A program made the position numbers and the translations under genes. A DNA stretch of 10,508 bases, from the NCBI GenBank assembly GCA_048882385.1, contig JBHLRQ010000110.1:1-10508 (forward strand), in the 5' to 3' direction. Positions 1 through 6,825 of the stretch are shown here, piece by piece. The notes under the pieces are model-generated. The model searched no databases, was not told where the DNA came from, and saw only the letters and a list, made by a program, of their open reading frames with translations. Within the stretch, counting starts at the first letter, position 1, and each line of letters starts with the position of its first letter. Origin of the DNA: Candidatus Thorarchaeota archaeon. GTDB lineage: Archaea > Asgardarchaeota > Thorarchaeia > Thorarchaeales > Thorarchaeaceae.

Positions 1-876
1 ATGTCAAAGAATGGTGAACCATCTGCTTACACATGTTGGACAGCCCTCACACTACTCCCAAATCTAGGCATTGGTACTGAGATTGATGTAACAGCTAATG
101 CTCAGTTTGTGGCGGGCTTACAGCAGATTAATGGAGGGTTCCTAGGCAAGCCATCGAACACTATTCCAACATTGGTTAGAACATACTACGCTCTCGACAT
201 GCTTAGAATAGCAGGCAGGTTGGAGCTCATTGATTTGGCTTCTGCTCAGAGCTTTGTACTGGGTTGCTATAATGACGATGGGGGCTTCGGCAATACTTTG
301 CACGGAGAGTCGGACTTCAACTACGCACCTGCAGGAATCCTTCTTTTGGATATTCTTGGTCTGCAGGACGAACTAAATATCAGCTGGACCACTGATTATC
401 TCTTGCAGTTTTGGGACAATGATTCAGGTTGTGATATACAAGCAGACCTTCTCTTCACTCAACGGATAGCCTGGTCATTGTGGCTCTTGGACAATGAGAA
501 CTCAATCGATGTAGCAAAGATGCTCCAGTGGGTTTTCAATCTTCAGAGACACGAGCATGGAGAGTTTGTTGGCTATCCTGGAGCGGACATCGAAAATGAA
601 CGTCTAGTCTTTGCAAATTATGCAACTCACATTCTTGCTATGTATAACGGTAGTAGTTTCTTGGACTATGATTTCTTGGTGGAGGACCCTCCAGTATGGA
701 CCATCCCACAATGGTGGATTGACTATATCAATTCAGAATGGGGTACAATCTCAAATCATGATGATGATTTCCATTCCTTGTATGCTGCTACCCTGTTTGT
801 TGCAGCAGTACTCATCCCACTATGCATCGTCACATCTGTAATGTGCTTTATTCAGAGATATAGAGAAAAAGGATAG
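1..876 (+). CDS. Prenyltransferase/squalene oxidase (PFTB) repeat protein with C-terminal membrane anchor; probably 5'-truncated by the window edge
   Basis: Repeated motifs QQINGGF, YNDDGGFG, QRHEHGEF followed by helices such as TYYALDML and ANYATHIL, typical of the geranylgeranyltransferase-beta alpha/alpha toroid repeat. Hydrophobic C-terminal helix followed by QRYREKG. Confidence 0.75.
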   Translation: MSKNGEPSAYTCWTALTLLPNLGIGTEIDVTANAQFVAGLQQINGGFLGKPSNTIPTLVRTYYALDMLRIAGRLELIDLASAQSFVLGCYNDDGGFGNTLHGESDFNYAPAGILLLDILGLQDELNISWTTDYLLQFWDNDSGCDIQADLLFTQRIAWSLWLLDNENSIDVAKMLQWVFNLQRHEHGEFVGYPGADIENERLVFANYATHILAMYNGSSFLDYDFLVEDPPVWTIPQWWIDYINSEWGTISNHDDDFHSLYAATLFVAAVLIPLCIVTSVMCFIQRYREKG

Positions 877-920
877 GAGAACCTTTGCACGAATTGAAGC
901 TTAGAAGCCAGTCCACAATT

Positions 921-929
921 CTTTTAACC
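921..929 (+). promoter_or_regulatory. Putative archaeal TATA box (TTTTAA, 922-927) of the tRNA-Ala 5' fragment
   Basis: About 32-37 nt upstream of the tRNA G1 equivalent (959), inside an 18-nt block identical to the upstream region of the intact tRNA. Confidence 0.6.
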
Positions 930-958
930 GTTCCAGCAAAGACAGCGAACCAGCACAT

Positions 959-979
959 GGGCCGGTAGATCAGCCCGGT
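959..979 (+). pseudogene. tRNA-Ala 5' fragment (exon 1 only)
   Basis: GGGCCGGTAGATCAGCCCGGT is identical to exon 1 of the intact gene. Similarity stops where intron 1 begins. A T5 run follows at 999-1003. Confidence 0.85.
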
Positions 980-991
980 AGTGCAATAATT

Positions 992-1510
992 TCAAATCTT
1001 TTTCCGAAGAATTCTTTTTGTTTCAGGTGCTGCTTTTCTCTTCTTCGCTCTATGTTTACTCTTAGTTTTCGGACCACCTTTCACCTTGCCAACAGTTCCA
1101 ACCTTGATAACTTCTGCAGTTGGTATTGTTTTCTCTGGAATCTGTGCTGGCCGTTTCTTAGTTATTGAAGCTTTTTTCATTTGACGCTTGGTTTCTGATT
1201 CAAATGATGGATATTTTGATTGTTTGTCTTTTGTGTCGATGCGTAACTGTTTTTCGCACCAAAATCGTAGATTAACTAATGTTCCAAGGTATAGAGATCG
1301 TGTGCTTTTGACAGCTTCACAAATCAGTCCTCTGTCATCATAGTATACGGGATCATTGCCCCCAATTTCATTTCTCGAAACATTGCACAACAATATCATT
1401 ACTTTTGCTAATTCTTTGCAAATGTTTTCGCATTCTTTTTGTGTTTTCGATTCAAAAAAGTCAACAGTAACTAATCGTGGGTTCATTGACCTACTAACCT
1501 CCTGAACCAA
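992..1510 (-). CDS. Hypothetical protein with Lys/Arg-rich low-complexity C-terminal half
   Basis: 172-aa ORF overlapping the end of the upstream 187-aa ORF, suggesting coupling. No family recognised. Confidence 0.6.
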   Translation of the reverse strand: MVQEVSRSMNPRLVTVDFFESKTQKECENICKELAKVMILLCNVSRNEIGGNDPVYYDDRGLICEAVKSTRSLYLGTLVNLRFWCEKQLRIDTKDKQSKYPSFESETKRQMKKASITKKRPAQIPEKTIPTAEVIKVGTVGKVKGGPKTKSKHRAKKRKAAPETKRILRKKI

Positions 1511-2057
1511 TCCAACCTATCAATACACCAACAGCAACAAACATCGAGAGAACTACTGCAAAAACGCCTATCAGTGCGAAGACCTGCGCTAATGTCAATG
1601 CTCGTGCTTTCTTTGAATTTACATCTCCCAATGAAAAGAGTGTTTCAACAAGTTTCTCAATCATTGCTGTTTCAATATCGGATACATTTGAGTCAAGGTA
1701 CATCAGAACAGCACTCTGCTCGTGAGGAAGATATGAGGGTATATACGCAGTTACACTTTGAGTACAAAGTGAAAATGTTGCAGAAAGAGCGAACAATACA
1801 ATTCCTCCAGCATAAAACCAAAGAAACGGAATCAGGCTTACAAGAGGCATACTCTCTCTTGCCATTGTTTCACCCAATGCGTATAAACCAACAAGAATTG
1901 CAGTTATTGAACTTGTAAAAGAAAATACTCTATTTGCTTTCTCCTCAATCTTATTCCATCTATCATGCTCAGCTGAAAGCTCTCGTTGATATTCCTGAAG
2001 CAGAAATTTTCTCAGCTTGGCCTTAGGGTCAGTCTGACTTCCCAATAGTGTCCCCAC
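1494..2057 (-). CDS. Three-helix membrane protein, possibly Pycsar effector (PycTM/DUF5706)-like
   Basis: N-terminal helix ending IEEKA, two hydrophobic helices, a soluble loop, then NSKKARAL and a third hydrophobic helix. This layout resembles PycTM-type effectors. The family call is by eye only. Confidence 0.5.
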   Translation of the reverse strand: MGTLLGSQTDPKAKLRKFLLQEYQRELSAEHDRWNKIEEKANRVFSFTSSITAILVGLYALGETMARESMPLVSLIPFLWFYAGGIVLFALSATFSLCTQSVTAYIPSYLPHEQSAVLMYLDSNVSDIETAMIEKLVETLFSLGDVNSKKARALTLAQVFALIGVFAVVLSMFVAVGVLIGWIGSGG

Positions 2058-2080
2058 GCAAGAAAGATTTAGAGTTCACT

Positions 2081-2097
2081 TGTATAAACGTATTTCG
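2081..2097 (-). promoter_or_regulatory. Putative BRE/TATA promoter for the 187-aa ORF (likely leaderless)
   Basis: Minus strand reads CGAAATACG-TTTATACA, with TTTATA about 26-31 nt upstream of the GTG at 2057. Confidence 0.45.
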
Positions 2098-2127
2098 AAA
2101 GAAACCTATTAATTTTCAAGAGACTTT

Positions 2128-2138
2128 AAAGAAAATAG
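2128..2138 (-). terminator. T-rich terminator of tRNA-Ala
   Basis: Minus strand CTATTTTCTTT directly after the encoded CCA. Confidence 0.55.
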
Positions 2139-2306
2139 TGGTGGACCGGGCGAGATTCGAATTCGCGCTCCGCGTGGTAATCACAGCAGAGTCTCGCGAC
2201 CTCCTCCATATTGATTTTCACGCGAAATGCGAGAAAAGTGCCAAGGAGGCGATCTAATTCCCAATGCCTTCGAAGTGAAGACAAAACCGGGCTGATCTAC
2301 CGGCCC
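2139..2306 (-). tRNA. tRNA-Ala(GGC) with three introns (D-loop ~2285-2256, canonical 37/38 at 2238-2209, T-arm 53/54 at 2192-2162)
   Basis: Removing three inserts gives GGGCCGG TA GATC AGCCCGGTA GATC G CCTCC TTGGCAT GGAGG AGGTC GCGAG TTCGAAT CTCGC CCGGTCC A CCA, a complete cloverleaf with G3:U70 (Ala identity), A73, encoded CCA and anticodon GGC at 2242-2240. Intron 2 forms a strict BHB. The intron 1 3' boundary is uncertain by about 2 nt. Confidence 0.95.
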
Positions 2307-2353
2307 ACGTGCTGGTTCGGAGTTCCTGATAGAATGGTTAAAAGAATTGTGGA
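2286..2353 (-). repeat. Inverted repeat arm B: promoter (TTTTAA at 2343-2338), leader and exon 1 of the intact tRNA-Ala
   Basis: 59/68 gapless identity to 912-979 in the opposite orientation. Confidence 0.95.
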
Positions 2354-2380
2354 GTGTTATCTAATAGTTGGGTTAAAAGA

Positions 2381-3178
2381 TTACTTTTTGAAAATAGGTT
2401 CACTATCTCGTTTGTACTTCATTTTACCTGAAGACCCGTAGTGGTATAATAACCAATCAAGTTGGGGGAGTTGAAAACGCGTTACAAAAGTAATAACATT
2501 GGAAAGAAAGTGTGATAGTCCGAGTCCTTCGGATTTAAACGAATCATCAGGCTCAATCTCAGTTAGATGGAGTTCGGTTTCCCAATGGTCACAAAGGCGA
2601 ACAAGGAATTGACTGCCGCCTTCGAAACCATAAACCCAACCAAGTGTTACTTCTTCATCATGAACATAAAGGAGATCAAATAATGTCTTTTGAGGATACT
2701 TTTCCTGCCGTATTTTGCTTTTTATGGCGGACTTAAGTGAGCCAGGACTTTGCCATCCCCCTTTGAAAGCAAAGATAATGGCAGTAGGTTGTCCAAGATA
2801 GTAATGTTCTCCCCAAGATGCTGGTATTACTAACGGTCGTATTAATTCCAGATTTGTGCGAGTATTATAGATATTCTTGAACGCTTCTCCAATCTTACCC
2901 TGCAAAGTTGTTTTGACCTCTATCGTAGCAACTGTTGAGTCAATAGGAATTAGACGGTCAGTAACTTCATCTTCAACTAGATTCTCAAAAACCACACTTG
3001 GTTGAGTAAGTTGATCATAGATTATCACATCAGTCTGGTTTGATTGAATACCTCTTCTATCAACTAGAAATCCTTCTACTACCCCATATCTCGACGGTAG
3101 GTACTTGAGTAGTAGTTTCCTCACTATTTTCTCGTTTGTTTCTCCTAATGCTTGATTCTGTTGGAATTCCTTATTCAT
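2381..3178 (-). CDS. DUF6602 / NucC-like PD-(D/E)XK endonuclease-fold protein
   Basis: GETNEKIVRKLLLKYLPSRYGV..GFLVD..G.QSNQTDVIIYD ... IPIDSTVATIEVK matches the G..E...L..YLP.RY / S.Q.D.IIYD / E.K pattern of NucC and DUF6602 proteins. Confidence 0.8.
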   Translation of the reverse strand: MNKEFQQNQALGETNEKIVRKLLLKYLPSRYGVVEGFLVDRRGIQSNQTDVIIYDQLTQPSVVFENLVEDEVTDRLIPIDSTVATIEVKTTLQGKIGEAFKNIYNTRTNLELIRPLVIPASWGEHYYLGQPTAIIFAFKGGWQSPGSLKSAIKSKIRQEKYPQKTLFDLLYVHDEEVTLGWVYGFEGGSQFLVRLCDHWETELHLTEIEPDDSFKSEGLGLSHFLSNVITFVTRFQLPQLDWLLYHYGSSGKMKYKRDSEPIFKK

Positions 3179-3339
3179 CTCTCTTAGGTTTTGTAACTAT
3201 TTTTCTCGTAGTATTCTGTTCTTTTCCAATGCAAATTCGCCTTGCCTATATTGAGTTCAATCAAGATGCAGAGAAAGTCCCCATTTCACGCATGTTTGAG
3301 TTGGCCAGTTGAATAGAAGCATATGTCTTTTGCTAATCC

Positions 3340-3361
3340 TCGAATCTCGCCCAGCCCACTA
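3340..3361 (+). repeat. tRNA-Ala 3'-end copy 1 (degenerate)
   Basis: TCGAATCTCGCCCAGCCCACTA, 19/22 to exon 4. Confidence 0.85.
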
Positions 3362-3466
3362 TCTTAACTTCTGCTGTTATATCCGTGTGTTTGTAGTACA
3401 GTTCTTTTCATATATTGAAAGATATATTCTAGGTCAGAGGAAATTGTAGTGAGAGGGAGTGCCCTA

Positions 3467-3934
3467 ATGAGCGATGAGCCTAAAAAGAGTAGTAATGTGA
3501 AAGGAAGATTCAAGAAGAGATCCATTGCCCTTGTGATTTTAATTTCGGCTGTGCTATTGATGTCACCGGTTGTATATTTTTGGTCGCTATCAGAATCAGG
3601 TACAGCGCAGACTTTTGGAATTCATTTCACAGGTCCCAATCAAACTTGGTTTGATGGGCAGATACGCATCGGATTTGAAGACGGACAGCATGAGGATCTT
3701 ACGCCTTGGCCAGTATTTCCACTTACCGAAGAAGGTTCACAAGTTGGTTGGGAATCATGGGTGATTGTAAATCGAACATTTGATAGTCCTGAAACGTGTT
3801 CTTTTGAGTACGATTGTTCAGAATTGGATATAACGGTTGGACCATTGACATTCAGGTCGAATCAACCTCAGATTCTATATCAAGATGAGTCTAGCCGAGT
3901 TATCGAAACATGGATAGTCATTCTACAAACATAA
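3467..3934 (+). CDS. Hypothetical membrane-anchored/exported protein
   Basis: Basic N-terminus, one hydrophobic helix (SIALVILISAVLLMSPVVYFW), then a beta-rich domain. ATG 3467 preferred over GTG 3449 because GAGGGAGTG precedes it. Confidence 0.7.
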   Translation: MSDEPKKSSNVKGRFKKRSIALVILISAVLLMSPVVYFWSLSESGTAQTFGIHFTGPNQTWFDGQIRIGFEDGQHEDLTPWPVFPLTEEGSQVGWESWVIVNRTFDSPETCSFEYDCSELDITVGPLTFRSNQPQILYQDESSRVIETWIVILQT

Positions 3935-3940
3935 CGATTC

Positions 3941-3963
3941 TTCGAATCTCGCCCGGTCCACCA
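3941..3963 (+). repeat. tRNA-Ala 3'-end copy 2 (exact exon 4)
   Basis: TTCGAATCTCGCCCGGTCCACCA, 23/23, followed by CTCCTTTTCT. Confidence 0.97.
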
Positions 3964-4204
3964 CTCCTTTTCTAATTCTTGATGCTAACCAATCATGTGC
4001 AATCGCCTCCTTTCTGACATCATCATTCGTTCGGCTTCTCGAGTCTATTAGCGATAAGTAGAAACTCCGAAGACCTTATGTCGAAGCTCCGCCCACAGTC
4101 TGGTTGACAGTGTTGTCATATCTGTGAAACTGAGGGCCAAGTAAGCCTACGCTAAACAGCTCGAAAGAGATATTTCGACAGATCAAGGAATTTGATGGGG
4201 TTAG

Positions 4205-4951
4205 TTGAACATGGATTCATGGAGAGATATCGGAAAAGCCTTGGAGGAAATTCTTCGACCCTCTACATATCCATTAGCTGTCAAGCTAGTTAAGGATGAA
4301 TCAGAATTTCCCGAGAAAACTCGAAGACCCGAAAGCAAAATCGCAATATGTCAAGCTCTAAGTCTATCTCGACGATTTGGCTGGACAATGGGTATCACAG
4401 AGGAAGATAGTGGTTGTCCTGGTGCTAGTTTCGCTTATGGCTGGAAAGAGCTTTTTGATAAATCCACACTTGCACTTTTCTTCCTTGAAGCAGGTTATGC
4501 TGCAGATGATGAAGGAGCAAACACCATCCTTGAGAATGTGGACCATCTAGAAAAGGGAAGATACTGTGCTCTAGTAATATCACCATTGACAAGAACAAAG
4601 ATTGTACCGGACGTAATTCTTGTGTATGGGAATCCTGCTCAGATAATGCGTCTCCTGCAAGGGGCTATGAACAAAGATGGAAAGAGATTGAAAGCTGAAT
4701 TAGCAGGAATCATGGCCTCTTGTACTAGTGGAGTTCTTCGCACTTTTAATACTCAAGACTATCAAATAGTAATACCAGGAAATGGAGACCGAGTATTTGC
4801 AGGTGCAAATGATGATGAAATGCTCTTTGCAATACCAGCCGCAAAAGCTGAGGAGATAGTAAATGGGATGAAACAACAGCGTTTCGCAAAATACCCAATT
4901 CCAATCTCGATGAAAATGCCGCCTCCTTTTCCAGGACTTGAAGAGACTTGA
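4205..4951 (+). CDS. DUF169 family protein
   Basis: Motifs YPLAVKL, CQALSLSRRFG, CPGA, PDVILVYGNPAQIMRL, ASC, PGNGDR..A...DDEMLFAIP. Start may be ATG 4211. Confidence 0.85.
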   Translation: MNMDSWRDIGKALEEILRPSTYPLAVKLVKDESEFPEKTRRPESKIAICQALSLSRRFGWTMGITEEDSGCPGASFAYGWKELFDKSTLALFFLEAGYAADDEGANTILENVDHLEKGRYCALVISPLTRTKIVPDVILVYGNPAQIMRLLQGAMNKDGKRLKAELAGIMASCTSGVLRTFNTQDYQIVIPGNGDRVFAGANDDEMLFAIPAAKAEEIVNGMKQQRFAKYPIPISMKMPPPFPGLEET

Positions 4952-4967
4952 CTCGCCCGGTCCACCA
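4952..4967 (+). repeat. tRNA-Ala 3'-end copy 3 (short)
   Basis: CTCGCCCGGTCCACCA, 16/16, directly abutting the TGA stop at 4949-4951 and followed by CTCCTTCT. Confidence 0.93.
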
Positions 4968-5017
4968 CTCCTTCTATATTCTAGGAAAACTTAACTCAAG
5001 AGTCATTTCTAGATTCG

Positions 5018-5827
5018 ATGTGGTTGGATTTGTCAAAGATCGAAGGTATCAATCCAGATGAAAGAGTAGTCTACGCATTGAGGTGTCGATTGCAGAAATT
5101 CGCGGGAGACCTTGTAGTAACTGACAAGGGCATCGTTTTCATCAAATATGAGGGGACCTTCATAACTCGTGGAAAAAGACTGCATGATTTCCCCTTCGAA
5201 ACACTGGGCGGAATTCGAATTGAGAAACAGGGATTGTTTGGGACAAACATTGCCATTGATACTAGGGACTTAGCCTGGGGAAATCGCACACATCGTTTTT
5301 CATGTTCGGATTCTGACGCCAAGAGATTCATAGCTGTTGTTGAAAATCAGAAACAGCTTCTAAAAACTCCTGAAGAAGTCGAAACCATAATTCTGAGTCT
5401 TGTTAAACCTAAAGGTGAAGCAGATTTGATGGAGGTTTCAAGAAATCTACAGATTCGGGATCTTATCGCTAGATTACAAGGATTGACCCATGACAGGCTT
5501 CCTGACATTTGGGCATTCAATGCAGTCAGGGATATTGTTGTGAAGTTAATTGCAAAAGGCTCACTAGACGGAATTATCACAGATGACAACAAGTTTGTTT
5601 CCAACGCTCTGCTGGCCAGAAAATCTGTACAATATCAAGTTGTTCTAGATTTCGCTTCAATCTATTCCCAGCTTGAAAACAAGGGAATAGTACTACAGAC
5701 TTTAGAATGTCCATCATGTAATGGAAAGCTAGAGTATCCGAAGGATGGTGACACAACTACATGTCAATTCTGTGGTGCAACTGTACACGCAGTGGATGTA
5801 TTCAAGAAATTCAAAGAGTTGCTGTAA
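5018..5827 (+). CDS. Hypothetical protein: PH-like N-terminal domain, helical/winged-helix-like middle, C-terminal zinc ribbon
   Basis: GDLVVTDKGIVF is typical of prokaryotic PH-like domains. LIAKGSLDGII resembles a winged-helix/PCI-like end. CPSC...CQFC forms a Zn ribbon. Confidence 0.7.
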   Translation: MWLDLSKIEGINPDERVVYALRCRLQKFAGDLVVTDKGIVFIKYEGTFITRGKRLHDFPFETLGGIRIEKQGLFGTNIAIDTRDLAWGNRTHRFSCSDSDAKRFIAVVENQKQLLKTPEEVETIILSLVKPKGEADLMEVSRNLQIRDLIARLQGLTHDRLPDIWAFNAVRDIVVKLIAKGSLDGIITDDNKFVSNALLARKSVQYQVVLDFASIYSQLENKGIVLQTLECPSCNGKLEYPKDGDTTTCQFCGATVHAVDVFKKFKELL

Positions 5828-5834
5828 TAGATTA

Positions 5835-5903
5835 GGAGGAGATCGCGAAACTCTGCTTGCATTTCGCGACAGAGCGCGAATTCGAATCTCGCCCGGTCCA
5901 CCA
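5835..5903 (+). pseudogene. tRNA-Ala 3'-half fragment (copy 4): exon 3, a variant 53/54 intron and exon 4
   Basis: GGAGGAGATCGCGAA (13/15 to exon 3), a 31-nt intron at 5850-5880, and exact exon 4 at 5881-5903, followed by TCTTCTTCTTTCTTT. Confidence 0.93.
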
Positions 5904-6006
5904 TCTTCTTCTTTCTTTGGCATTCCTTCATTCTTCAATCGATGATCGACTGTCTATTGAGCGGTCTAGTCCACGACTTCGTCTGACACCAGAATTGAAG
6001 ATCGGT

Positions 6007-6567
6007 CTAGGTCCTTGCGGCATCAAGGAAGTATATGGTTACGACTATGCCATTCACTGCGGCGAGCAAGCTATTCCAGATGTTCCAGCCACCACCAATC
6101 AAAGCCACCGACCAGTTCGCAACGCCAAAAGCTAAGAACACCAAGGCAGCAACAATGGAAAACGGACTGAATTCCTCGCGAAGCAACCATGCAGAAATCC
6201 CTGCAGCGATCCAGCCCACGCTATAGAATATCCAGCCAACCAAAATAGAGGTTTGCAACCAATCAGGTATAATAGCAGGCAGGCCAATCAAGTAATACGG
6301 TAGGGGAGTTGTGATATCCCGCACGATGATGCATATAGCACTGACTAGCGGAATGACGTTCCCGCTCTTTCGCCATAGTCCAAAGAACCCTATACTGATT
6401 AGGATCATAGCCAGGATAAGTATCTGATAGTGTTGTACTGGACCCCAGGGGAAGAATTCCTCGTGGGTTTCAAAGGTCCAGCCAAGAAAACTTGGGCTGT
6501 ATATCAGTGCGATGAGGAAACCGCCAATAGCACCGAGTACGAACGAAGCTTTTATTCCATTATTCAA
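6007..6567 (-). CDS. Hypothetical multi-pass membrane protein (about 6 helices)
   Basis: 186 aa, mostly hydrophobic segments. TTG start preceded by AGGAGTGGAG. Confidence 0.75.
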   Translation of the reverse strand: MNNGIKASFVLGAIGGFLIALIYSPSFLGWTFETHEEFFPWGPVQHYQILILAMILISIGFFGLWRKSGNVIPLVSAICIIVRDITTPLPYYLIGLPAIIPDWLQTSILVGWIFYSVGWIAAGISAWLLREEFSPFSIVAALVFLAFGVANWSVALIGGGWNIWNSLLAAVNGIVVTIYFLDAART

Positions 6568-6600
6568 CGATTCTCTCCACTCCTACTAGTGTTGAGAGGC

Positions 6601-6787
6601 GCATCAGTCTTTTTTTCACATTCTAATCCTCCCATCCTTTGTCCACACAACAAAGAACTGAACAGATTGTATATTCAGTGTTCATTATCTCTGTTTCTTT
6701 AGCTGGCATATACAAAGAAACCTACGGAGTTGTATTCTATAAGAAAGAACTTCACTACACAATGATAGAATCTCGCCCATTCCACAA
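6601..6787 (+). repeat. Long direct repeat copy A (partner 7563-7757), ending in tRNA 3'-end copy 5
   Basis: First 120 nt are 108/120 identical to 7563-7682. The remainder aligns with an 8-nt net indel. Confidence 0.95.
6768..6787 (+). repeat. tRNA-Ala 3'-end copy 5 (degenerate)
   Basis: GAATCTCGCCCATTCCACAA, 17/20. Confidence 0.85.
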
Positions 6788-6825
6788 CGTTTTCACTACT
6801 CTCAATCGAGTCCTTTTTGTTCTGT

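Larger units (their letters stand above)
912..979 (+). repeat. Inverted repeat arm A: tRNA-Ala promoter, leader and exon 1 (partner 2286-2353)
   Basis: Gapless manual alignment to the reverse complement of 2286-2353 gives 59/68 identity, including TCCACAATTCTTTTAACC and CGAACCAGCAC(A/G)TGGGCCGGTAGATCAGCCCGGT. Confidence 0.95.

Noticed and set aside
2048-2441. Short ORFs 2048-2257 and 2211-2441
   Set aside because: They are antisense to the tRNA gene and its promoter, with no protein features.
4002-4012. ATCGCCTCCTT matches tRNA exon 2
   Set aside because: An 11-nt match to some part of the tRNA is plausible by chance in 10 kb. It also reads as a minus-strand AGGAGG ribosome-binding motif.
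4081-4098. TCGAAGCTCCGCCCACAG as a ninth repeat copy
   Set aside because: Needs a mismatch and an insertion, and lacks the GGTCCACCA end and the pyrimidine tail.
5729-6226. Short ORFs 5729-5938, 5745-5945, 5857-6135 and 6035-6226
   Set aside because: They overlap the tRNA fragment or are shadows of longer, better supported genes.
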